From assembly GCF_008831285.2 (NCBI RefSeq), contig NC_045138.2, positions 11,408,001-11,472,000 on the forward strand: a stretch of 64,000 nt of DNA, read 5' to 3'. The position numbers and the translations under genes were made by a program. Position 1 is the stretch's first letter; each line of letters opens with the position of its first letter. Shown in pieces: positions 49,915-63,423 of this stretch. The notes under the pieces were generated by a model, which was given only the letters and a program-made list of their open reading frames with translations, made no database searches and was not told where the DNA came from. The DNA is from Nymphaea colorata. Taxonomy: Eukaryota.

Positions 49915-52900
49915 TGTAAGCATCTCAAATTTTCCTTGCTGCAAAATGATCATTTTACGTTATACCATAGGTTTTATTATTATTTCAAACTATTTCCCAA
50001 CTAGTCTGTTCCGCCTCTAAAATAAAGTCAAACTGACCTATGTTACTACAATAGGCCTACCATGACCCTGAATCTAGGAAAACCCTTGTCCCCTGCATTA
50101 ACCCTAAGTCACTTTTACCATATTGCCTTTAAATCCTATAAAACCCTACAAACAACCTTATCTGGGCATATGGACCTCAATCACCCATCTTCAGGCCTAG
50201 TGTAGGTCTTAGTATCTTGACTTTTTGGCTTATTGGTTCTTTGCCTTGCTCATTTTGACTTAAAACAAGCTCGATAGGCCTCATTTTGCCAAACGTTGCA
50301 AGTTTCAAATGTCATTTGTCTTGCTCAATCAGTAACGAAGCCTAAGATTATCCGTCATAGTCTACCCGACCTAACTTTAGTGACTCAAGTCATACAATTC
50401 TCAAATTTTAGTTCTTCTAAATTCAAACGTTAGACGATGGATCACTCAACTATCCATTTTGAAGTTTTAGCCCATCTCCACCACAATTAGGTTGAGTTAA
50501 ACTAGATTGATCTTAGGACCTTTAGCCATACTCTGAATTGATTAACCAAAGCTTACAATATATTAACTCATCCTAGATTTATTTCAATCGAGTCTCGAAG
50601 CCATTAGGAGGTCAGTCCTTCTGTTGACTAACATTCTATTTTAGATGTTCGAGCATCATTCCTTTAAAACTCCATCATGTCAACTCCTACTAAGTTGAGG
50701 ATATCTTCTCCATGAGTTGATCTATCGTCCACGAGCTCTATTCCAGTTATATCATTTGTAGTAAAGCACAATCTCAATTCTACAAATTTACTAGATTTAT
50801 CCATTTTACTCACTTATTCACTTCACCCCTATTTATGTTTAGAGATCATTTTTGCTTGGTTTCATTAGAATATTCAGAAATCACTAATATGGGTCTCCTT
50901 AGCTCAACTGTTGTCTACCTAGAACTAACCAAATTGACATTTTTCCTATTTTGACCCTAGTTTTCCTATTTCTTTACTATTTGCATTCAGTTAGTTTAGA
51001 AAAACTGACTTTTTGAACACAATAAACAAATTTATTCAATTTCTTTTGAACCAGGCTAGGAATTTGGGACATGGCAACCAATCTTAGTAAATTTGAGGGT
51101 CAAACTTATTGGGCACTATTTTAGGCAGGTCTTGCATAATATAGCTTGTCATATACTAACTTTCTAAAAATAACTTCAATAAGCCCACAAACCCTATTTT
51201 TCTCAAAATTACCACAAATAACCTATGTTGGTCTCTTAACCTCAATTTCCAAAACTTGTCAGAAATAGCTCCAGCGAGCCCCACATATCCTAGTTGAACC
51301 AAACCTGCCAAGCAGGACCCATAGATCTTAGTTCAACCCAAACTTCCCTAAAGAGTCTCTATGGGGCCCACAGAATCATACCTACTAGAAACATCTTCAA
51401 CATGACCTGAAGATTTCAATTTCACCAAATCTGTCAAATTTAGCTCCAAAGAACCTACTTAGTCCAATCTATGCAAAACATGTCTAATTTACACATGTAG
51501 AACCTCCCCAACCTTAAAAAAAAGACTATCTAATTTAGATAATCTTGATTATTGTAACCTATTTCACCAAAAACTGAACCTCTCTCGTCCCACTAAAGCC
51601 AGTTGATAGCCCAGATTCACCTGACTCAGCTTAGGCCATCCAGACATGCTTAAAATAACCTAACCTGGTCTAAGACCAGTCAAGTCAATTCTCTGCCCCA
51701 TAGGCTCAAGCCTAGTGAGCGCAACACTAAAACCAGCCTCAACTTGACCAAGATCAATCAACTAATCCTAAATCTATTCTAGATCCAAAGGTCAACTCCA
51801 TATCATAATTTAAATCTTTAATCCAGTATTTTATCTGAAATAGAAATATAAATCTTTTTTTTGGACTCAAATTTTAGAGAAATATGTATCTGATTCCAAT
51901 CTTAGGATCTAAGTGCAGCAGATGTTGACGCATGTTACTAGAGTTAATCTTAGTCATCTATATCAAGGCTTCATATTTTTATCTAAGTGACAAGATTACA
52001 AAAATGCAAGAGGTGACACCAGTCCTAGGGAGAAGCTGTAGTTCAACCACATGAAGAAATTATAAGTTGAGGCCAAAGGGTTTGTGACATCTCATCTCCC
52101 TAACTTGGAATATTTTCAGGTATGCTCTCTTTCTTTTCTATTCTTCATTTCTTTCATAATCTCTCTCTGACTTAGAAGATTTTCACGGTTCAGAGAAGAG
52201 GTTCTGTAGGTGCCATCACCTAAAGAGGAGCTTTCTAACCTACGTCCAATAAGATGAGAGAAGAAGAGGGCTTCACCAAAGGAGAAGAGAGGCATCACCA
52301 GGTGTGTACCTTTCCCTTCCTCTCTTATGCTTTTATGAAAACTTTCTTCCATGAAAGCACTTGCCCTCTATAGAGGCTCATGGGGACTTCTTGCGTGGAC
52401 TCTACAACATCCTAGCAAGAGGTCTAGGCTTTTGAATCACAGGCCCTCATTAGAGATTCTTAGGTTTCAACATTCTTCTCCATATTTTCATATTCCTATT
52501 TAATTGTGTATGATTGTGGCTGAATTAGATGAGGTTCATGGGTACAATTTGCTAATATGGCCAATATCAATGCTTAAAATGCATTCCTACCATTTGTATG
52601 CTGCTGGTTAGAGTAATTTTAATAGAATTTTGTTTTGATCGCAAGTCACCTATGCACATGCATGCATGCTATAGTTTCATCTTTTTTAAGTTGTCTCAGG
52701 TAGGCGAGTCCCTCGCATAGTAGAAATTTCATCTGCCTTTAACATTAACATGTTGGAACTCTCATTATAAGAGGATCATTTCAATGTTTAGATAGGTATT
52801 GGAATCAACAAGATGTCCACATAGTTTGGTGCCATTTTTGTTTGATTTACAGTTTGTTTCTGCTCTCTATTACATGAAAAATAGGAAACTTATTTTTTGT

Positions 52901-53731
52901 AGTCTCTATATATAGAAATTCAAATTGTGGAATTTTGTCAGATTTAGTAGCTTCATAGCTCATGAACTAGGTAGAATCTCTTGTTCTCATAAAAAACAAA
53001 GCATGCATCTATTTGTTAGGTTTTCAATGTGCCTATGTTTACAAGTTTTTTATAACATTTGACCCTTCTGCTAGCCAAATTATAGAAACATGTCTTTTTC
53101 AATTCAACATTCTATAGAAAAACGGATAATGAAATTGCATGTCTACTCGATGTTACATGGTCAAGAATTCGGCATTGTACTTTACATTCAACAATAATGG
53201 TTAACTTCATAGAGTCATCCCTTCAAGTTTCATTAGGATGACTTCATGTTTTAATGTCTCATCACTTTGTGTACCCTCTCTAGAACGTTAGAATGTGTTT
53301 TCCAAGGTCCATGCTAATTGGCAATCATGTGGTTAGTAGATTAGACTCATTAATTAGGCTTGTAGTCTAAGTTCTTTTGTCATGTGTCATGTTTTATTGA
53401 AATATGCATGCATCACATAGATGTAGGTCCATGTTATGCCCTAACAATGAAATAGGTATTTTGGTTTACTTCTTAGCAGATGCCAAGCCTTTTAGTTTTG
53501 AAAGCCAATTCTTTTTCCAAATTATAAGTTCATGTGCACATGTATTTGTGTTTTGTGTTGTTTATTAGGTTTGCAATACAACATTTTTAAGTGTGGTTGT
53601 TTTGGACCTTGGATTGGTTACTCCTAGTAAAAGATGATAGGCACGATAGATCTTCATATCGATAGGATAGGTCATGTCTCTATTTCTTGGAACACAAGTG
53701 AGTATATCTTTTTCCATTAAGGTTGTGCACA
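49915..53731 (+). mobile_element. Probable solo LTR or LTR fragment related to the LTR at 9368
   Basis: Start TGTAAGCATCTCAAATTTTCC..AAAATGATCATTTTAC resembles TGTAGACCCCAAATTTTTC..AAAAAGACCATTTTGC. It interrupts the ~115-bp repeat. Right end is approximate and no TSD was found. Confidence 0.45.
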
Positions 53732-54429
53732 ATGTTTTCTCTCAAAATTTTACACATAAACATCCATTCAATAAAATTGTAATTGCATCTATACAGATTT
53801 GTATAAATGATTATATTCACTTTTACATAATGATATACGCAAGATTTACTTTCAATTTGACAATGTAGTTTGTCCAATGAAATTAACTTGTAATTACCTG
53901 TAAACGATACAAGTGATATCTAAGCTCTCCTTTGCAAAAGTCATCTCTCCACAAGGGAACTAAAAAGTATTAGTCGTTGGTTTCCATTTTTCATCAGTGG
54001 CATGCATGAGGTTGTAGTTCATAATTTAACTTGTTGATTGTGTAGCTGCTTCAGTCCCACAACTCTCAAAATGGTCCAATTACATATAGGTGAAATTGGG
54101 TAGTTAATCCATATACCATTGAAGAACTAAGGGTCTGAATGGAATGAAGTGAATCTTAGGATCTTCATGAAAAATGTTATGAATGATGTGGCCTTTGAAA
54201 TCAGTCAAAATCATGGTGACTGATATCAAGAAGGTGAAAGTTAATAAATAAATGGTCGGACTGTGAAGAGGATAAACCTTGCTAAGACAACTAAATAAAG
54301 AGACTTCATTCAATCAAATGGTAAGGCTGATTCACTTAGACTTGAAGAGACTAGATTAAGTGACGATAAAATTCTGGTTATCGTTTTATTAGGGCAATCC
54401 CAAGAGAGAAATTAAATGTGCATATATAT

Positions 54430-54483
<54 letters not shown>

Positions 54484-54485
<2 letters not shown>

Positions 54486-55064
54486 CAAAGCTCTCATGCT
54501 GTCCATTTCATTTTTTTTATTTTTTTCTCATCTTTCTCTCTCTCCCCAATCATTCCTCTCTCCCTCATTCCCTCCCTTCTCACTATCACAATACTAGCAG
54601 CGGCCAATGCCATTCCTTGACGCCGAGCAATGGCACCGGCCGGCCACCTATTCCCATTCCCCAACTCTCCTCTTTTCCCAAGAGAAGATGGGTGGAAAAC
54701 TTCACCCATCTTGGCTGCCACTGCCTGGTGCCTCACTGGCGGGGCCTCGGCGGGGCCTCGGCGGGCCCACCAATGAGGCACCTGGTGGCAGCAGCCAAGA
54801 TGGGTAGAGTTTTCCACCCTTTTGTCCTAAAAAAGAGAGAGTTGGGGAAGGGGAGAGGCGGCTGCCGGTGCCATTTCCTCATGCTGGTGGGCCCGCCAAG
54901 CCTCCATCGGGATGGTGGCATCTAGGAATGGTGCCGGTGAATGCTGGTGCTGATGGTGAGAAAGGAGGGGGAGTTAGGGAAGGGAGCGAGTGAGGGAGAG
55001 AGAAATGTGGAACAGAAAATTAAAAAAAAAAAAAACAAATGGGCAACATGAGGATGACTCTGAT
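54484..55064. mobile_element. Foldback/MITE-like hairpin element between TA/CA microsatellites
   Basis: Nearly the whole length is self-complementary about ~54750. Examples: GGGTGGAAAACT/AGTTTTCCACCC, CCCATCTTGGCTGC/GCAGCCAAGATGGG, CTCATGCTGTCCATTT/AAATGGGCAACATGAG. Confidence 0.85.
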
Positions 55065-55139
55065 CAGCTGTCTATTTGACAAATAAATCCTGGAGTCGTG
55101 GTATATATATATATACACACACACACACAACATTATCTA

Positions 55140-58100
55140 AGAAATCTACCATGAATTATTTAAGAAAGTGGTTTGGACTTCCTAAATTGAGTTATGCTTC
55201 AAGATCAATTGCAGTTATATGTATAGATATGTCTATATACCATTGCATAGCTTAGAGTACGTGGCATAGACCTCTTCATTAGGTTATAAGGCATAGTTTT
55301 CTTCATCCTTCTTGGTCCATTGCCTATATACCTGGCAAGTGTTGAAGCACAGACAATGAGGATCTAAAACCTAGCTCCAAAGGTTGTCCAACCATGAAGC
55401 TTCCCCTAGTTCTACAGATCACATGGCAAGGCCTGCAACATGATGACCAAGATGAATAAGGTGTGAGATATTTTTAAAATATGAACACATACACAAATTG
55501 TTGGTTCTAAGGCAATGGGGCCTATGACTGGGATTAAAAATCCAAAGAGAGAAAACATTGCTTTCATACAACTTTTAAATTGAGGGTTGTATTTTCATAA
55601 ATATATGTGAGCATGTATAGATCTTCCTCAATTAATCCTAAAAAAAGTAAAGAGTAAAAACAAACAATGCCTAGATCTATATAGCGCCTACAGCTCTAAA
55701 GTCCAGATGACATTTAGAAAATTTAAAAAAATAGGAGGGTTAAACTTAGTCAAATAGGCACAGGCCCCAACATGGTCATCAAACTATTTATACGAAAATT
55801 TTGACTTCTCCAATGTCGATCATTTTGACTCACCTCTGTTTGATTTTTACAGGATCTCCAGGGAGATGAGTCCCGACTTGTCAATATAAGGCTTGAATAT
55901 TCATATTGTCTTTACTATGCATAATCAAGCCAAGAACTAAACTTACCTTTCTATTATTTGAGTGTCTAAACATCATCCTAATCCTAATGCAGGAATAAAG
56001 TAAACATGCCTTAGTTTTTTAAAGTAATGTTTTATTAACATCTAATTTAGCATTAAGAACTTAAGATGATGCCATCTATAGATTATCCTCATTGTCATCA
56101 TAGGCAATGCAACAATTTACCTACACTACATGCTTCATCAATGATTTAAATTATTAGAATTGGTTTCAAGGTTGAATAGTTGATTTTGAGTCTAACATTT
56201 GTAATATTCTATAGGCATTGGTTTTAGTTTTCATTGAGTGGGTTGGAGGTCCATGTCTTTGGATATTGATGTTTTAGGTCATGTTTAGTGATGTTAATCA
56301 ATTTAGGGCTCCATGACTTGGATCCTTGACATGTTTGATGGCTTCAAAAAAATTATTAGGATTCAAATGTTCATTTAAATGAATATCTTTTTTAAGGATC
56401 TAAGGTTTTATATGTCGGGATTAAGGTTTGATCAAGAGTATTTAGACTTTTACGTTTTGTAGTATTTTGTGAGTTCATTTTAAAGGTTTATTTGGAATTT
56501 TTAAGGGGTCAAAATTTGCAAGTTGTATTTTCAGTTTTAAAGGAAAATTTATTAGGTCCTTAAATGTTTGATGTGTTGGTCCATCTTAATCATTTGAATC
56601 TTTTGAGGTTTTTACAAACCTTGTTTTGAAATACTTATGTTTTTTGAAATTCCTTTTTGAAAGCATAGACACAAATTAGTAAATGATGTACATAATTAGA
56701 ATTTAATCAAGTTTGGATTACTTCCTATACCCAAATTATTGCTTAAAGTATGATACTAAATTTAGCTTGTTTAGATTCTAACTAGAGGTGAATTGTGTGC
56801 TCTAGTGATCGAAAGGTGTTTAGACTAAAATCAATGCATGTATAATATATGTCAGTTTATTTAAGGATTTCAAATATAATTATTTACTCAGAAACTAAGA
56901 GTGACACTATAGTTAATGGATAACCATCCTTGAGTCCCAATTAAGTCTAGTGAGTGCAGATATTTTCAATGAACAAATTAAGGAAGAAAATAAACTATAT
57001 AAAATGCATAAATCAAATATCAGGAATAAGCTAAATGAAATACATAAACATAGATTAAAGATTAATAATAAGCCAAATTAAATGGATGGATAAGTTAAAG
57101 GAAATACATAAGCATAGATGAAATGCATAGATCAATGAATAAACATAAGCTGAATGAAATACATATACTAAAATGGATGTCTTAGAGAGAAAGAAAGAAA
57201 GAAAGAATGGGGCATTAACATCGAAAAATATGGAGAAAGGAAAAAAGAAAAGTGAGAAATAGTGGGGGCATACATAACCCAAAATTTTTACGTAATTGAC
57301 AAGAAAAATAAAATCTAAGTGGGCACATTTGATGTTTGTAAAAAATGATTGTCACTGCTAGGGAATTAGTTACTTTTAAATCTCACTAAGCACGGTGTAT
57401 GCAATGATTTAAGTAAACTAAAGACTAAATAATATTAACTACTAGCTTGAAGAGAGGAACATACCTTGCCCTTAATGAAGAAGGAAATTAAAGCAAATTA
57501 ATATGCTTATTTGTGATTTTAAGATATGATTGTTGTATGTCCTTAAACCAAGATTAATACTACGGTTATGAGATTAATCTCTCTTAAATCTCATTTAAGA
57601 AAACTAAATAAAGGAAAACAAAGTCTAAAAGAGAGAGAAGGCTATGTTAACCCATTTATGGCCTAGTTAACAAAGAAACTAAATTTTAGCCTAATCTACG
57701 CATGGTGAAGGAAAATAAAATTTAACCAAGACATCATGTTATAATCAATATGAAAATAAAGCAATGAAGATGAGAGGAGAAAGAAAGAGCTTACCTAAAA
57801 GTGTAATTCATGGAGGCCAAGAATGGGGAGAAAAAAAGACTTCAAGACAAGGAAAGAGAAGAAAATGAGCTAGGGAGAGGAGATGGAATTGAAGAATAAA
57901 GGGAATGGATTAATTGATGGCCAAGTGAAGGAAGTAGGTGGTATTTATAGTGGTGGTCCCCTCCTTCCCAAGCTTAGACTGTCTAACCAGTTCAGTGGTC
58001 ATTTTTATCCATTAGACTCAGCCATCCAACTGAGTAAAATGGCCAATTTTGCCATACTGGCTGAGCTAGGCAAGGCTGAACCTGGCCGGTTAGGGCAGGC

Positions 58101-58415
58101 CATGGCCAGCACATGTAGGCTTTTGCAACATCCAAATTCTGTCTAGTGCTAGGATTGGGATCAAAATTTGGATAGAAATGAATTGAGTCCATGATCTGGG
58201 TTAATCATAGAATAATAATATAAGATTTGGGTTATATGCAGAATGAAGATTTTGTCAAAGTGAAATTTGGGGTGTTCGAACTTAGTAGCTTCAATTTAGC
58301 CCCAAAAATGCTAGTGGCTAGGACAACAAAACACTTAACCATTCCCCTTGTAAGCATTTGAGCATTTCCATCAGTTTGAAGTATGAAACTAAACTTCTTA
58401 TAGTGGGGTGTTACA
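55140..58415 (-). mobile_element. LTR-like sequence in minus orientation; left limit unknown
   Basis: Minus strand begins TGTAACACCCC at 58415, with CTATAAATA at ~57950-57942 followed by a CT-rich leader, as in gypsy LTRs. No coding capacity seen. Confidence 0.5.
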
Positions 58416-59889
58416 AAAGTATTTTTTAGTGCAACGTGGCCACACTCCTTTATCTCCCTACCCACAATATATGTACAGAAGCCATCTGTACAAAAGTTTG
58501 ACACTGAAAAACAAAGTGCGAAATAGAATGTGGTGAACTATTTTCCCATAAGAATGTGGTGAACAGAGTGATATTTTGTGTGTTTTGCCTATTTGTATGC
58601 TCCTGTTTATAGTTTTTTGATAGGGTTTTGTTATTGTAAATCAAACAATGAAACACTTTCATTGTCTTTGTAGGTCAGTTGCAATGGTAGGCTGGGGGGG
58701 CAACATGTACAAAATAAAAATTTTGTGCTTAAACCATTGACAGGGTTTGAGCAATTTATTATTGAAAAAATCAAGAGATGTACTACGTAAAGCAATCTTA
58801 TAAATGGATGAAATGTAGCAAACAAAGAAGCAGCATTTGCCATTATAGAAGGGTGTGGGTAGCATTTGTAGAGTATGGGCATCCTGATGGCTAATAGTAC
58901 TTCAGTTGATTGGTGTGGGCAAAGTATAGTTTGCTACCTAATGCTTACAAAACTAGAATTTGGTAGCATGATTGAGATGGACAAAAAGTGCAGACCTTCA
59001 ATTCCTTTAGCTTCTAATAATCACAAGCAGCAAATTGACCTTCTATAACTAAAAAAATTGGTTGCTAGCGAAATCATGGTAGCACATAGTGGACAACCAT
59101 AGGATGAGGACCATGGAAGGTGCATTATGCCAGCAATGTCTAAAAAATCCTTTCAAACCTCTTTTGCCCTCATATGTGAAGAGTCAACGATGATGTGAAG
59201 TGAATGATGGTTTGGCATCATTGAACACTCTTTTTGTGGACTTTCTAACAATGATGTTTCAAGAACCCACCATGTCATTTGATAGTTTTGGATGGAGACT
59301 TTTTCTGAATAGACCCTAGTCCATGAATCAGTAGTAATAGAATGGCTTCATTATCTAGAATGAAGAACATTTCCACTAATAGATCAATCAAGTAGTACCA
59401 TCACTGGTAAATAGCACAAGACTTCTTTGAGAATCTCCATTATTTGAATATTAAACATTATAACCACATGACAATGAGTAGCACAACACTTTCTTCAAAG
59501 GAGTGGAAGTTAAGGCGAGAAACCAATGTTACTCAACGGAGTAAAGGTCCTTATTGTAGTTGGTGCTAGCCAATTGTCTAGCAAATTCTCATGCAATAAG
59601 GAGGACCAAGAAATGTGGAGCAACTCATCGAATGCTAATACCACAATTACTTTAGTAGTGCATAAGGAAGGGCAAAGAGAACACTAAAAGATAATTTAAA
59701 GGCCACTGAAAAAGTTCAATAAATTTTCATCCAAGAAAAATTTCCTTGAATAGGTTACTTTCCATAATTTCAAATTAAATTTGTGCTTGATGTACACAAA
59801 AATGTACTTGGATAACTTTTTTGTTGAGGAGTGCAACCCCATCTTTGCTAAGGTAGGCAGTTGCTTTCCACATTGAGAATCTATAGGTT

Positions 59890-60110
59890 GGTGTTGAGAT
59901 GGAAGGCCTAACATCATGCACAAGCATCCAGGAGAAGTGGCATAAAGCATCCTTGCCATTTGATTGGAGAAAATGCTGGTCAAGGATGTACAAAAGACCA
60001 AATCCCATTCTGGCATCTCATCAAGCAGCTTGTTTGCATTGTCAAACTGAAAGACTTCATAATACAACTCAACCAGCTTATCGGCAAGGGGATTGTGCAG
60101 AAGCAACATC
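59890..60110 (-). pseudogene. PLS-class PPR gene fragment
   Basis: LADKLVELYYEVFQFDNANKLLDEMPEWDLVFCTSLTS, then after a frameshift NGKDALCHFSWMLVHDVRPSIST. This matches the PPR pattern A..LFDEMPE.D.V.WT.LIS...G..AL..F..M....V.P...T. Confidence 0.7.
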
Positions 60111-60948
60111 ATGTACAGTAGGAGGCAAGGATCAAGCTTTTGATGTAGGGAAATGGCTTGGGGTATGTATGATATATAGGAACAAGGAAGGGGAAGCTTT
60201 TGCCTCATGACTGTAGAACCTATGATGATTCCAACCATCGGTGGGCACTATGCACCTTTATTCCTAGAGAGAGAGATAGAGATAGAGAGACTGTTGCAAA
60301 AGAAGCATTGATGAAGACTTGCACAAAGAATTCCATGCACACAACATTGTCTCCACGAAGCAAGGTTTCTTATGGAACCTTGGATGTTTTGAATAGATGT
60401 TGATATTCAAACTATGGATTCATCCAAGAATGGTTTATGACACTAGAGTTTGTGGAGGAGGAGGACAAAATTGATGATGGTGCTATGCATGAGTACAAAA
60501 CTGTTGGTAGAAGCAGCTTGTAGAAGGAATGTTATGGTTGATGCTACACAGAGAACTAAATCCATTGTTCAAGAGGGAACTAAATCCTTGTTTTAAAAAA
60601 AAATTCAAAATCTAGGCAAATGCATGAATGGAATCCTAGATTTCAGATGTAAAATTGGGATTCAGTCCATGGATTTTTAATACACCCGCAAGGGGTGCCA
60701 TCAAGATCCTTGTAAAATGTATTTGCTTGTTAGGGATTGTGTGTTGTTCTCTCGATCTCTATCCTTCATCTCTTCACAAGACAATGCTCGTTCTTTCAAC
60801 TGCACAAAACACCCATTCACATCTCTCTCATTGCAGGTCGCTGCACAGAAGGAACAATCATCCTCACCCCTGTTAGACCTTGGTGAGGAGAACAGGCCAG
60901 GTACATTTGCATCTCTCTCTCTCTATGGATTTTTCTTTCTCTCTTTGG

Positions 60949-62499
60949 TGTTAACACGTCCAAGCTTTTTACCATGCCCAAATGACCATTTTACCCATTT
61001 ACAAGAAGGTTTTGAATTGAGCTCTCAACAATGATTTCAAATGTAGAAGCCAATCACAGAAAACTAGGGTCAAACCTACCTTATTTAGACACATGATACT
61101 TATATCAGAATCATCCAAGCTGTTTCCATCATGTCCAATAATCATTTTTCCTACGAATGTCTGAAAAATCTTAGAAACCTTGATAATGATTTAGAGCAAA
61201 CTCAAATAGGGTAATTATTAACTCTACAAATCTTTGAGGGTAACTAAAATCAGCTCTTTAGCCTTTGAGAAAAATAAGTCGGCTTACTCTAGCTCAAATC
61301 AACTCATCTGAACCTAAAACTATAATTTTTAGGTCAACCACATATACTCAAGCCTAGGTGAGCTCAACATAGTCTTACTTCAAGGGAAAATTAGTCTTAT
61401 TTAAGTTGCTTTGAGTGAGGGAAGCTAAATTTCAATTTTAGACTAGTTCACATGTCTCCATCGGTTCTCTCTCTCCTATTTAACAAGGTCTGAGTTAAAT
61501 TTCAATTCAGCCGGGTTGAGTCAACTCAAATAGAGTTAGGATAATGTTCATCATGTTTAAATTTATCTTCTCTCAGTTTGGTTTGAGTGCATTCATCTCG
61601 GTTTGAGTTTAATTCTGTTATAACAGTTTTAAAGCACACTCTGTCTTGTTTTTTTAGGGGTCTAAGCTGAATTTGAACTCAAGCCGATAGAGTGAGCTGA
61701 AACTAAGCTAGGATCATGTTCATCATATTTAAAGTTATCTTCCTCCAATTTTTTTTTGTTTATTTATCTATGTTTGAGTTTAATTCAATTCCTATGGTTC
61801 TGAAACTCGATCCTAAAACTTGCTACACTTTGTAAACGACTATCAAGCTCAATTCTGCAAAGTCATATACAACTTTCAAATCTTTCAACATTCTTTTACT
61901 GATAGGTGACTTATCTAAGCATCACCGACTCCACTAGTCAAAATTTCAATGATAACCTGATTTTTTAAACTCCCTATAGTTTCCCTTTATAAATTTGACA
62001 TTTTGAACTTGTAAATTTTAGAAAATTAAGAAGAATTTTTCAATGAAATTTTAACTAAAGATGATCTAGAAGTGACCCACATGACGGTCTAGTCAGACTG
62101 ACCAAACTCATCCAAAACTCTGCAATCATACACAAGGGCAAAATAGTTATTCCCTTTTTTACCATATTCTTCTGCACAAACATATGCCATATATACCTTA
62201 GTTTATCATTATCTTTGATGCTTAGATTTTTATCCCAAGTCAAATGCATGTACACTAGAGGTAAAATAGTCGTTTTTTTTCAATCTCATTTTTCTACATA
62301 AACTGAGGTCATATTTTAGATACTCCTAGGTTTATCACATTCCTTGATTTTTAGAGCTTTAGGTTGAACCAAATCCATGATTTGAGCCTATTTAAATCCA
62401 AGATCACAACCAAGAGTAAAAAAGTTATTTGCTATCCATATTTTTCACCTGAACCTAGATTTATATGTCATATATACCTACATTCATCAAGATTATCAC
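60949..62499 (+). mobile_element. LTR fragment related to the LTR at 9368, cut by the Copia insertion
   Basis: Start TGTTAACACGTCCAAG..CCCAAATGACCATTTTACCCATTT resembles ..CCAAAAAGACCATTTTGCCCATTTT near 9391. Confidence 0.45.
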
Positions 62500-62747
62500 T
62501 GTTGATAGATTGTATGTTTCGGGTCCAGATTCATACCCGACCCGCCTTGTAGCCCGTTTTTGGGCACTACTTAAGTCATGTAACCCTAATCCTTATGAGT
62601 TAATGATAATCTAAGGAGAGAGAGAGTCTGGCTGCTAGTGGGCACCAACTCCTCCTCATTCGTGGTTTTTTCTCCCTCGTGTTGAGGGTTTTTCCACGTT
62701 ACATCGTGATCGTTGTTTCTCTTCCTCTTCTTGTTCGTATTTCTACA

Positions 62748-62760
62748 TGGTATCAGAGCC
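62748..62760 (+). promoter_or_regulatory. Primer-binding site, tRNA-iMet
   Basis: TGGTATCAGAGCC directly after the LTR-terminal CA. Confidence 0.95.
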
Positions 62761-63423
62761 GTGAAGTTCCGGCGTTACTGGTTTGTCTTTTGCCCGTGTT
62801 GGAGGAGGATTCGCCCGACACTATTCATCGTGGCACTGTTCATTGACTCGCCCAAGCACTGTTCATCGTCTCGCCCGGCACTGTTCATCGCCCGTGCCCG
62901 ACGCTCGTGCCCGAGCTTCGCCCGTCGCACCAGCCGCCGCCTCCGCCCAGCGACGCCCTGATTAGTGCCGCTCAGGTTCCCGCCGCCTCCGCCTAGCGAC
63001 GACCGGCCCAGCGACGCCCTGATCAGCGCCGCTCAGGTTCCGGCCGCCTCCGCCCAGCGACGACCTGCCCAGCGGCGTTCCTCTCTTCCGCTTTCTGTCA
63101 CCCGATGCATCGCCCAGCGCCGCCCGTTTTTCGGCGATCTAGCGCCGCTCTGCCTCTTCCTCCGCCTATTCCGGCGGTCTGTCTCCGCCTGGTCTGACGA
63201 CCCGCCCAGCGCCGCTCTCTCGTTTTTTTTCTGGCGCCGCCCTCTTGTTGTCTCTACTGCCGGTGAGGTTTCGGCGTTCTCCGTTTTTTGTCCGTTGCCT
63301 GCTCTCTGCCTATTTTTGTGTTGTATTGTGCTGCTGCTTCCTGCCTCCCTCGTTGTCGAGCCTTGCTCCCTGCTGCCCTTGCTGCCGACCGGACTTCACC
63401 CGTTGCTAGACTGGTCTGTGATT

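Noticed and set aside
59300..59345. ITTDSWT on the minus strand, resembling a hAT catalytic motif
   Set aside because: No other transposase motifs found in the flanks, and too short to support a call.
62965..63423. N-terminal 153 aa of the 298-aa ORF
   Set aside because: Open frame through the GC-rich leader from a non-ATG start. Gag similarity begins after the ATG at 63424.
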